From assembly GCA_046331665.1 (NCBI GenBank), contig JAXLQK010000019.1, positions 20,692 to 84,691 of the forward strand: a stretch of 64,000 nucleotides of DNA, in the 5' to 3' direction. The notes below the pieces were generated by a model. That model saw only the letters and a list, made by a program, of their open reading frames with translations, did not search any database and was not told the origin of the DNA. Numbering within the stretch: position 1 is the first letter of the stretch; each line of letters begins with the position of its first letter. Of the stretch, positions 30,030-38,934 are shown in pieces. Position numbers and translations under genes: made by a program. This DNA comes from Terriglobia bacterium (GTDB taxonomy: Bacteria > Acidobacteriota > Terriglobia > Versatilivoradales > Versatilivoraceae).

Positions 30030-30938
30030 ATGCCGGAACTGCCTGAAGTCGAAACCATCCGTCGCGGTCTGGAAAAGAAGGCTCTTCAGAAGACCATTGA
30101 ACGGGTTGAAGTCCGCTGTCGCAAGATTATTCTTCGTCCCCAGGCAAGCCAGCTGGCCGTAGAGCTGGCGGGGCAGACCATCGAGGAAATTCGTCGTCGC
30201 GGAAAATTCCTGGTCCTTGGGACCCGGGACTTCATCTTGCTCATTCATCTCGGAATGACGGGACAGCTCACCTATTGGGATAAGACTGAAAAAGATGCTG
30301 AAGCGTTTTCCATCAATCCTTTGACGGGACTGCAACAGGCTCATCAGCACGCGATCGATAAGCATACCCATATCATCATCTATTTCACGGACGGAAATGC
30401 CCTGCATTACCGGGACGTTCGCCAGTTTGGAAAATGGCGTCTTTATGCAAAGGAGGAATTCGGTGAGGCTCAAGAGTTCTGGCGGCTTGGACTTGAGCCC
30501 TTTTCCCCCGAATATACGTGGAAGGGTTTCGAAGCCCGCTTTGGAAAACGCAACCTCCGAATCAAATCCCTGCTGCTGGACCAGGGGTTTGTGGCAGGGG
30601 TAGGGAATATCTATGCCGACGAGGCCTTATTTGAAGCGAGGGTACACCCAGAGCGGCGCGTCAGTGGTCTTTCTCAAGATGAGAAATTGAAACTCTTTAA
30701 GGCAATTCCCAAAGTGCTCCGGAGAGGGATCCACTTCGGGGGAACCACTTTTCAAAGCTATTTGAATGCGGAGGGAAAAGCGGGAGGCTTTCAGGAGTAT
30801 CTGAATGTCTACGGCCGGGAGCGTCAGCATTGCCGTCGATGCGAGTCGCAAATTCAGCGGCTGGTCATCAGTCAGCGCTCCAGTCATTTTTGCCCAAACT
30901 GCCAGCCTCGAAGAAGATCACGCACCTTGCGAAAGTGA
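30030..30938 (+). CDS. mutM: Formamidopyrimidine-DNA glycosylase
   Basis: The N-terminus is MPELPEVE. An H2TH domain and a C-terminal CxxC...CxxC zinc finger are present. Confidence 0.9.
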   Translation: MPELPEVETIRRGLEKKALQKTIERVEVRCRKIILRPQASQLAVELAGQTIEEIRRRGKFLVLGTRDFILLIHLGMTGQLTYWDKTEKDAEAFSINPLTGLQQAHQHAIDKHTHIIIYFTDGNALHYRDVRQFGKWRLYAKEEFGEAQEFWRLGLEPFSPEYTWKGFEARFGKRNLRIKSLLLDQGFVAGVGNIYADEALFEARVHPERRVSGLSQDEKLKLFKAIPKVLRRGIHFGGTTFQSYLNAEGKAGGFQEYLNVYGRERQHCRRCESQIQRLVISQRSSHFCPNCQPRRRSRTLRK

Positions 30939-31023
30939 GCTCTTCTTTTTTGAACATGCCCTTGGCGGGAAACAGGAATGAGGCTCGACGAGGGGACGCA
31001 GAACCGCAATGCCCCTTTGTCCA

Positions 31024-32838
31024 TCAGAAAAGTCGTTTCCCGCAGTGATGGCAGAACTGACTGTTGGAATCCAGACTGGTTCCGCAGGTTTGGCAATAGG
31101 TTTCAATGTTTCTATTGGGCTCAGATTTGCGCTCGGGTTTGCTTCGCCGACGGACGAACTCAACGAACTCGCGAGCCTGGGTGTGGTTTGGATTGACCTG
31201 CAGGACCTCGCGAGCCGCCATCAGCGCCTCTGAAAATTTTCCTTCCTGATAAAAAGAGACGGCCGTACGCATAAGAGTCGCCGCCTCGACCTCAAAACTC
31301 TTCATCGCCTTCAAGTCACCCAAGCGCCGCGAGGTATTTTCAACGAACGCCTGAATTTCGGGATTGTGCGGGAATAATACCCGAATACGATCCAGCTCTT
31401 GCGAGCACAAATCATATTGTTCCTGATAGAGATACTTCTTAATTTGCGCAATCGAGACGGCTTTGATCTCGGAATTGTAAATTTCCGCCGAACGCTGCTC
31501 GAGTTTGCGGTCAATGATTTCCTGCGGAGGCATTTCCCGGGCTGATGTGATGCTGTCAAAAACTTTCACACCTGGGAGGCGGACAACAGGCGGTGGAATC
31601 TCAGATGAAGACGGTAGGGGATCAGAGGGCATTTCAAGAATTTCAGGAGACGGAATGATATCCTTGGTTGAACTTCTCTCACTTCCAACCTCTTGGTGAG
31701 GAGAAGCCTGTTTCGGGCTTAGGGTAATCGGTGTTGTCAAAATGACTTCTTTAGGGAGATCCTTCGAAACCTGTTGCAAAGGCGGCCGCAAGGACACTGG
31801 AGTCGGGGAAAGGGGGGGGTGACTGACGGGGACATTTTCAGGTGCAGGCTTGTGAAGAGGAATCGCCTCCTTGTTACCCTTCGTCAAAGGCTCTTGTACC
31901 CCGGAGGGAACCTGACTGGGAGGCGCCTGCACAGCCTGGGTCGGCGTCTCCTCGTGCAGGAACAACCGTGGTGGAGGAGAGGTCTCGGCGACGGGATCAA
32001 AAAGATCGGACAGAGATTCTGGGAGAAAGTCCACACGAAGGCTCGACTTCGCCTCGGCAGGAACTGCCATGGGTAATCCGTCATGCTGCTGATTCTCTGC
32101 CGATTCAGGTTCAATTTCAGGAGTGGCCTTGACGGCAGTTTCTAAACTCCCCTCTCCTGTCTCCTCGACGGGAACGAATGGCACAGGTTCGGGCAGAGAG
32201 ACGGTATTCACCTCGGCCGCCCGATCGAGAGCGGTATTTCCACGCTGCAAACTCTTCCATTCTCCGACATCCTTGCTACGATCCCGCAGAAGTTCCACCA
32301 TGGCCGCAATTGTTTGTTCTCGCATGGAGCCTGGCATTGTTGTCAGGGAAGTTTCGGCTGATCTTCTGGGTCGCGACGCTGGGGGAAGTGGTCTGGATCG
32401 GGAGAAGGAGGCGGGGGATTTCTCCTGCCTCCGTAGTGGCGTGACTCGATTTCGTTCAGGACCAGAACCGGCGGCTTCTCTTTTGCCTGAGGGAGAGACT
32501 TGCTGAGGCCCGCTCGGAAGAGGGTCTGAGGAGAGTGAAGCGGATGGCGGCTCCGCCGTAAGCCTTGGGTCCACCATTTTCTTGTAGAGCTTCCGTTTGG
32601 CCAGTTTGATCGACGTCAGCTCAAGCAGCGCCTTTGCTTTCGTGTTGTGGGGATCGGCCGCCAGAACTTCCAGAATGGCTTGCTCACAGAGGCTGTACTC
32701 GTGGAGGCTGAAAAGTCGTCGGGCGTCCACAAGTTTACGTTCGACTTCACTGGCGTCGTCGCCAGTTCTAATAGGAACCACATTCCCGGAGAAATCGGGA
32801 TTGCTATTTTGGGAATCGCTGGACATAAGGCGATTCAT
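31024..32838 (-). CDS. Hypothetical protein: TPR-like ends, about 350 aa of proline-rich disordered core, C-terminal double zinc ribbon
   Basis: The C-terminus is CQTCGTSLDSNSQFCHHCGKRLF. The middle third is extreme low-complexity P/S/E/V sequence. TPR-like helices occur at both ends. Confidence 0.6.
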   Translation of the reverse strand: MNRLMSSDSQNSNPDFSGNVVPIRTGDDASEVERKLVDARRLFSLHEYSLCEQAILEVLAADPHNTKAKALLELTSIKLAKRKLYKKMVDPRLTAEPPSASLSSDPLPSGPQQVSPSGKREAAGSGPERNRVTPLRRQEKSPASFSRSRPLPPASRPRRSAETSLTTMPGSMREQTIAAMVELLRDRSKDVGEWKSLQRGNTALDRAAEVNTVSLPEPVPFVPVEETGEGSLETAVKATPEIEPESAENQQHDGLPMAVPAEAKSSLRVDFLPESLSDLFDPVAETSPPPRLFLHEETPTQAVQAPPSQVPSGVQEPLTKGNKEAIPLHKPAPENVPVSHPPLSPTPVSLRPPLQQVSKDLPKEVILTTPITLSPKQASPHQEVGSERSSTKDIIPSPEILEMPSDPLPSSSEIPPPVVRLPGVKVFDSITSAREMPPQEIIDRKLEQRSAEIYNSEIKAVSIAQIKKYLYQEQYDLCSQELDRIRVLFPHNPEIQAFVENTSRRLGDLKAMKSFEVEAATLMRTAVSFYQEGKFSEALMAAREVLQVNPNHTQAREFVEFVRRRSKPERKSEPNRNIETYCQTCGTSLDSNSQFCHHCGKRLF

Positions 32839-33133
32839 CCTGTGTATACAATTTGGGCGCGTCTTCTTTGCTGCACGCGGTGACTGGAACTTTGAGAACC
32901 CGGACCTTGATCAACTGTCCGCGGAGCCGCATTTCAAACTGGTCTCCCGGCCTCAGCAGGTGCGATGCCTTTACCGCATGCCCATTGATTAGGACTGCGC
33001 CCTGGGTGCAGATATCATGAGCCACGGACCTGCGCGGCACCAGTCGGGAATACTTTAGAAACAGATCCAAACGAATCTTGGGCTCTTTTGATTCAGCTGG
33101 AGTGCCTTCCCCCTCTGATCGGCCAGGCCTCAC
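32804..33133 (-). CDS. S4-domain RNA-binding protein (Hsp15/RluA-N-like)
   Basis: IRLDLFLKYSRLVPRRSVAHDICTQGAVLINGHAVKASHLLRPGD is a classic S4 fold. Confidence 0.65.
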   Translation of the reverse strand: MRPGRSEGEGTPAESKEPKIRLDLFLKYSRLVPRRSVAHDICTQGAVLINGHAVKASHLLRPGDQFEMRLRGQLIKVRVLKVPVTACSKEDAPKLYTQDESPYVQRFPK

Positions 33134-34194
33134 TTACTCTTTCCTTTTTTCCCCTTTTCACCAGAATCTTCAGACTGAAGTTCGGCTTGAAGAAGGGAGG
33201 GCACGGCTCCACTGTCAACAAAGCCAGATCTTACTTGAATGTAACTCTTCTGGCGGAGTTTGATCAGATAGGCTTGGATTGCAGGCTGCGCTTTATCTCC
33301 GAAAAGCCGGTCGCGGATCTCATTCTGAACTACTTCCATTTTCTGGATCCCCGCCTCGTGCTTTTCCTCGACTTTGATAATCACCAAACCATACTTTGTT
33401 TTGATGATGTCACTGACCTGCCCTCGGCGGAGGCTAAAGGCAACCTCCTCAATCTCTTTTACCATTTTCCCCTTGGGGAAGAATCCCAAGTCTCCCCCCT
33501 CTTTACCCGTTGGCCCATCTGAATATTTTGCAGCCAGCTCTTCAAACTTATCGCCCGTTTTGGCCTTTTGCAGCACTTCTTGTGCTCTTTTTTGTAAGGC
33601 AGCCAGGTCCACTTCCTTCTTGCCTTCGGTCGTGATCAGGATTTCCCGAATTCGTACTTCCTCGGGACGGTCAAAATCCTGTTTATGGGCCTCATAGTAT
33701 TTGGAAATCTCTTCGGTGGTAATTTGAATGTGTGAATAAACTTCCCGAGCCAAGACCATCTGCTTTAAAGCCTGCGTTTTCGCATTCTGTTTGAATTCAA
33801 TCGGGTCTACTCCCTGCTGTATCATCATCTTTTCCAAGTCTTCCATACTGTCGACGTTGAAATCCCGGCGAATTCGGTCCAGATATTTAATGACCTCGGT
33901 ATCCGCAGTGAGTCCCAGCTCTGTCGCTTTCTGGACAAGAAGCTGATCATCAATCATCGATTTCAAGATTTCCTTTTCTTGTAAGGCATAGACCCGGTCA
34001 AATTCGGGGCCTTTGAGCCCCTTCTGCAGCTCCTTTCGAAGAAGTTCCTTATTCCTTTCGAAGTCGCTGAGCGTTATGATGTCGTTATTCACCCAAACAA
34101 TAATCTGTTCAAAGACCTGATCCGCCCGCAGAAGGAATTGGTTCGCACAGATCAGGAACAACAGACCGCCTAGGGTCTTGGAAATGAATTTCAT
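33130..34194 (-). CDS. Periplasmic peptidyl-prolyl isomerase, SurA-like (SurA N-domain plus one parvulin domain)
   Basis: A signal peptide is present. The parvulin block is FEELAAKYSDGPTGKEGGDLGFFPKGKMVKEIEEVAFSL. Confidence 0.75.
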   Translation of the reverse strand: MKFISKTLGGLLFLICANQFLLRADQVFEQIIVWVNNDIITLSDFERNKELLRKELQKGLKGPEFDRVYALQEKEILKSMIDDQLLVQKATELGLTADTEVIKYLDRIRRDFNVDSMEDLEKMMIQQGVDPIEFKQNAKTQALKQMVLAREVYSHIQITTEEISKYYEAHKQDFDRPEEVRIREILITTEGKKEVDLAALQKRAQEVLQKAKTGDKFEELAAKYSDGPTGKEGGDLGFFPKGKMVKEIEEVAFSLRRGQVSDIIKTKYGLVIIKVEEKHEAGIQKMEVVQNEIRDRLFGDKAQPAIQAYLIKLRQKSYIQVRSGFVDSGAVPSLLQAELQSEDSGEKGKKGKSK

Positions 34195-34403
34195 GAGTAG
34201 TACCTAAAGGTAATATTGTGAGGTAGTTTAATGGACGCTTGTATCATAATGGCCTTAGGATTCCGCAGCGTAAGACATCCATAGGTAAATCAAGATGATA
34301 GCTTAAAGTGAATTGGTTGTTAAGTACGATTTCAGTTTCCAAAAAGGCCGGTGGAAGGCCAAGGCCCGAAGGGCATGCCAAACGGCATGGTCTAATTTCG
34401 ACT

Positions 34404-37400
34404 TCAGGGAAGAAGTTCCAGCAGAATCGCCCTTATCGAAGGAATGATTTCCGAGTTAAGTAACCCCGCGGTTTGTACCCGGAGAGCCCCCGAAGGCATG
34501 ACTGACGTCTCCGGATGAGAAGAGACAAATTCAACCACCCGCTGCGCCTGCACAGGGGTCTTTTCATGGAACTTAATAGAGATAGTGTCTCGTTCTCTTT
34601 CAATACTTTGGACCAAAGCTCTCTGAGCCACCAACCGCAAACGAACAAAATCGATCAGGTTTACAACTTCTTTCGGTACTCCCCCATAACGGTCTTCCAA
34701 TTCAATAAGTAATTCATCCATTTCCCGTTCATGTTTCAATGAAGAGATTCTCTTGTAAATACTTAACCGCTGACGTTCGTCGGCAATATAATCTGTAGGA
34801 ATTTTCACCGGAATCTTGAGGTTGATCTGAGTTTGAATCTCAGGTACGACCTCATTGCCCTGCAATTCTTCTATTGTCCTCTCCAAGATTTGGCAATAGA
34901 AGTCGAAGCCAAGGGCATTGATATGACCATGCTGCTCTCCGCCCAAGAGGTTTCCCGCACCGCGAAGCTCCAAATCAAGCGCCGCTACCTTAAACCCTGA
35001 TCCCAGTTCGCTGAATTCCTTTAGAGCCGCCAAGCGTTGGCGCGCTACTCCGGTCAGCGCTTTGTCCGGGGGCGTCAGGAGGTATGCGTAGGCTCTGCGG
35101 TTAGAACGTCCTACTCTCCCACGCAATTGATAAAGCTGGGCCAACCCAAATCGATCCGCACGATTTACAATAAGAGTATTGACCAAGGGGATGTCCAAAC
35201 CATTTTCTATAATCGTAGTAGAAACTAAGACATCTGCCTCATGCCTTACAAACTTCAGCATGGTTGCCTCTAATTCCTTTTCCCCCATTTGACCGTGCCC
35301 TACAAGGATTCGGGCCTTAGGGCAGAGTTTGCTGATCATCGAAGCAACGGAGTAGATGGATAGCACTTTGTTATGTACAAAATAAACCTGCCCTCCACGG
35401 CTCAATTCCTGCTCAATGGCCGCCTGAATCACCTGTTTATTAAATGGTACTACAAATGTCTGAATAGACAGTCTATCGCGTGGTGCGGTTTCTATGACCG
35501 ACATATCTCTCATTCCCATTAACGACATATGTAGTGTTCTGGGAATTGGTGTGGCGGTCATAGTCAGGGTATCCACGTTAATTTTCAATTGTTTCAGCTT
35601 TTCCTTATGGCTTACGCCAAACTGCTGTTCTTCGTCAACGATCAACAATCCGAGATCCCTGTACTGGACATCTTTGGACAATAGCCGATGCGTTCCGATG
35701 ATAATATCAACCTGGCCGGCGTCTATTTTCTTGGTGATTTCCACTTGATCCTTTGGAGTTCGGAATCGGCTCAACATTTCGATGTTCATTGGAAACGCGT
35801 TGAAGCGCTGCTTGAACCTGAGGTAGTGTTGATAGGACAGAACGGTGGTGGGAGCCAGGACTGCCACCTGCTTTCCATCAAATACGGCCTTAAAGGCCGC
35901 TCTCATTGCGACCTCTGTTTTTCCAAACCCAACATCCCCGCAAAGCAGCCTGTCCATGGGGACTTCGGACTCCATGTCTTTATAAACATCCTGAATGGCG
36001 GAAGCCTGGTCCGGAGTTTCCACGAATTCAAAGACATCTTCAAACTCTTTGTGCCAATGTCCTTGTGGGGAAAAGGCATAACCCGGTGATATTTTTCTGC
36101 CCGCATATAATTTGAGCAAATCGTCAGCCATGTCCCGCAAGGACTTCTTGACCCGGCTCTTCGTTTTCACCCAGGTTGTTCCACCAAGTTTGTCCAATTG
36201 TGGGCGCGCCCCTTCGGCACTGCTGTATTTCTGAACTAGGTCCAACCTTTCCAGGGGAACATAGATCTTGTCGTCCCCCAGATAAGTGATAACCATGAAT
36301 TCACGCCCAGCGCCTTCGGCAAACATCTGCTTCACCCCAAGAAATCGTCCAATTCCATGGTCAATGTGGACCACATGATCTCCAGGCTTCAATTCTCTTA
36401 AGTCCGAGATGAACGTCGTGCTCTTTTGCTTCGAGCGTACCGGCCTGTCGAGTAACTCCACTTCATCGAAGACATCTGTTTCCCCAAGGATGAGGATGCC
36501 TTCGAGTCTAACCTCAAATCCTTCATATACTTCTCCACATACTACGAAAGTAGCTAATTGAACTTCACTCAGGCCCGGGGAGGTTCCCTCTTTCTGGGAT
36601 TGAAAAGCAGGACTTACGTCCAAATCGTACTCCTTGAGAATCTCATAGACTCTCTCTGCTTTTCCCAAGGTGCCTTGGACCAGCACTTGAACCGTACCTT
36701 GTTGCGCTCCACGCTCGATATCCCGAACTAGTTCTCTTAGATTCCCGTGGTACTTCCTTGAGGGACGGATATCGCAAACAATTCGCACGGTATCTTTCCC
36801 CTCTTGAAATGGACTGCTGTCATCCGCGGATTCAGAATCTGGACTTACTTCGTGTGGCCTCTCCCTTCGCAGGACATCTGTAGCCAATTCATTTTCATGC
36901 TGAGGCAAGCCCTCGCTCTTCCGGGGATGTAACGCGTCGTGATCTCTCCGGGTGGATCGGGGCTCTTTTTGAAACAAGGAATCCTCTTGGAAGGTGCCCA
37001 ACTGATCCAGCAGAACTGAGGAGTGCCGGGAAGTTAAGCCGGACAGCTCCTCAAAGCTAATGAAGAGCTCTTCTATGGCGGCGGATGGAATGCCCCGAGA
37101 TCTCAATGCCGCCTGCTCTTTGAGACATTTCTCGTACCAGTGCTGGTAATCTGATTGGAGATCCAACGGTTCATCGATAACCAAAAAGAACTCGGGAATG
37201 AAATCGAACACGGTGTGCGGAAGTGTCTGGGTCATGGGGAGGGCGTATTCGACCCCTTGAAAAAATTCCCCGTTCAGGGCACAGGTGACCTGATGATCGA
37301 GGAAATCCTGTGAGGTCTCGTTCCCCAGCCTCAATTTGGCCTGCTCTCCCCATTCCTTGAGAGCAGAGGGATCCAGGAGGATTTCCCGCATTGGGACACA

Positions 37401-38090
37401 GAGCACTTCTTGCACGGGGCCAATGGACCTCTGCGATTTGACTGAAAACTCCCGTAAGGACTCGACTTCATCCCCGAAAAATTCGATTCGACACGGATTC
37501 TCGGAATCAGGGGGAAAAACATCCAAAATCCCGCCTCTTACGGAGTAGGAACCATGGCTGTTGACGGGCTCCTCATGAACATAACCGGCGGCCAGCAGGT
37601 AGTTGGTGATCGTCTGTAGAGAGTATTCGGTACCAACCTTCAGACGGGGTACAGCAGTAAAGATCTCGCGAAGGTTTGGGACCCGGCTGAGAACCGCGGT
37701 CAGTGGACAAAGCAGGATGTCAACGGTCGACTCAAAGACCCTCCATAAAGAGAGAGCCCTTTCCTCCAAAACCTCCGCATGAGGGGATAGACCACTATAG
37801 GCATCAGGTTCGAGCGCAGGAAAGACGGACAACCTCGCTCCATTTCGGTTGGAAAATACATCAAGATAGAAGGCTGCTGCGTTACGGAGAGAGTCGAGAT
37901 TGGAACTATCCCTTCCAATGTAGAGGATGGGTTTCTTGAGCTGATGATGGAGCCCTGCCAGGACCGCCGGTTTTGCTGATGGGGTAATCCCCGTCAAGAC
38001 GAATCTTGAGGCACCGGATTCCAACTGACGGAGAATCTGATCAATCCCCGTTGCCCGAATTAGTTTTTCAGTCCAGTCCCGCGATGACAT
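34404..38090 (-). CDS. mfd: Transcription-repair coupling factor Mfd
   Basis: 1228 aa. UvrB-homology N-terminus, DEAD-box SF2 translocase motifs (LLCGDVGFGKTEVA, DEEQQFG), and a TRCF C-domain. Confidence 0.95.
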   Translation of the reverse strand: MSSRDWTEKLIRATGIDQILRQLESGASRFVLTGITPSAKPAVLAGLHHQLKKPILYIGRDSSNLDSLRNAAAFYLDVFSNRNGARLSVFPALEPDAYSGLSPHAEVLEERALSLWRVFESTVDILLCPLTAVLSRVPNLREIFTAVPRLKVGTEYSLQTITNYLLAAGYVHEEPVNSHGSYSVRGGILDVFPPDSENPCRIEFFGDEVESLREFSVKSQRSIGPVQEVLCVPMREILLDPSALKEWGEQAKLRLGNETSQDFLDHQVTCALNGEFFQGVEYALPMTQTLPHTVFDFIPEFFLVIDEPLDLQSDYQHWYEKCLKEQAALRSRGIPSAAIEELFISFEELSGLTSRHSSVLLDQLGTFQEDSLFQKEPRSTRRDHDALHPRKSEGLPQHENELATDVLRRERPHEVSPDSESADDSSPFQEGKDTVRIVCDIRPSRKYHGNLRELVRDIERGAQQGTVQVLVQGTLGKAERVYEILKEYDLDVSPAFQSQKEGTSPGLSEVQLATFVVCGEVYEGFEVRLEGILILGETDVFDEVELLDRPVRSKQKSTTFISDLRELKPGDHVVHIDHGIGRFLGVKQMFAEGAGREFMVITYLGDDKIYVPLERLDLVQKYSSAEGARPQLDKLGGTTWVKTKSRVKKSLRDMADDLLKLYAGRKISPGYAFSPQGHWHKEFEDVFEFVETPDQASAIQDVYKDMESEVPMDRLLCGDVGFGKTEVAMRAAFKAVFDGKQVAVLAPTTVLSYQHYLRFKQRFNAFPMNIEMLSRFRTPKDQVEITKKIDAGQVDIIIGTHRLLSKDVQYRDLGLLIVDEEQQFGVSHKEKLKQLKINVDTLTMTATPIPRTLHMSLMGMRDMSVIETAPRDRLSIQTFVVPFNKQVIQAAIEQELSRGGQVYFVHNKVLSIYSVASMISKLCPKARILVGHGQMGEKELEATMLKFVRHEADVLVSTTIIENGLDIPLVNTLIVNRADRFGLAQLYQLRGRVGRSNRRAYAYLLTPPDKALTGVARQRLAALKEFSELGSGFKVAALDLELRGAGNLLGGEQHGHINALGFDFYCQILERTIEELQGNEVVPEIQTQINLKIPVKIPTDYIADERQRLSIYKRISSLKHEREMDELLIELEDRYGGVPKEVVNLIDFVRLRLVAQRALVQSIERERDTISIKFHEKTPVQAQRVVEFVSSHPETSVMPSGALRVQTAGLLNSEIIPSIRAILLELLP

Positions 38091-38220
38091 TTTGATTAAG
38101 CTTGCTTACGGATGGAACGGGACATACGCCTGAGGCACCTGATGTTACGCGGCACGACCATCCGAATCGCCCTGGTTTCTTGCTAGTGTCTAGGAATATC
38201 GACGGCAATCTGATGCCTCC

Positions 38221-38745
38221 CTAAGGGTGCGGGGGGGAGTCTTCGTCTTGGGAATTCTGCTTGAGAATCCGTTCCACGATTTGGGAGGTTGAGAATCCTG
38301 TCTCATAGGGCAGGGCAATGACTTTTCCTCCGCTCTCCTCCACTTCTTTTCGCCCAACGATTTCGTGAAGTCCCCAATCCCCGCCCTTGACAAGTACGTC
38401 GGGGAGAATGGTACGGATTAGGTCGAGCGGAGTGTTCTCATCGAAGATGGTGATGAAGCTGACGCTTTCTAATCCGGACAACACGATGGCACGCTCTAAT
38501 TCGGAAAGGATGGGTCGAGTTGGCCCTTTGATTTCCCTTATGGATCGGTCACTGTTCAGGCCGACAATAAGCACATCGCCCAATTGGCGAGCCGCTCTCA
38601 GATAATGAATGTGTCCCGGGTGGATTAAATCAAAGCAACCGTTGGTGAAGACAACTTTCCGGCCCTCGCTCTTTAGGGTCTGGACCTGTTCCTTCAACTC
38701 TGTCAAGCTTAACAGCTTCTCCAATCCGCCTCCTTGCTTTGCCAT
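38221..38745 (-). CDS. D-glycero-beta-D-manno-heptose-1-phosphate adenylyltransferase (RfaE/HldE domain II type cytidylyltransferase, stand-alone)
   Basis: VVFTNGCFDLIHPGHIHYLRAARQLGDVLIVGLNSD...LVKGGDW matches the HldE C-domain over its whole length. I prefer start ATG 38745 (MAKQGG...). The ORF-track upstream extension to 39144 has no domain and overlaps the divergent gene start. Confidence 0.75.
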   Translation of the reverse strand: MAKQGGGLEKLLSLTELKEQVQTLKSEGRKVVFTNGCFDLIHPGHIHYLRAARQLGDVLIVGLNSDRSIREIKGPTRPILSELERAIVLSGLESVSFITIFDENTPLDLIRTILPDVLVKGGDWGLHEIVGRKEVEESGGKVIALPYETGFSTSQIVERILKQNSQDEDSPPHP

Positions 38746-38934
38746 TTCTTTACGCAGTAGAAAGTACGACCACCTGTTCCGCGGGGGATTATAGCACGTG
38801 CTGGAGTGGCCGGGTCGAGCTGGCGCCGAAACTTCCCAATCGGTTGACTTCAGCCTCGGCAGCCTCGATATAATCGAGCGCAGGGTTATTTCGGCGAGGG
38901 GAGCGATAGACGCAACAGCCGCTCCTCGAAAGGG

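Noticed and set aside
29727-30473. 248-aa minus-strand ORF spanning the cca/mutM junction
   Set aside because: It overlaps two strongly supported plus-strand genes in an otherwise tightly packed operon and has no recognisable motif.
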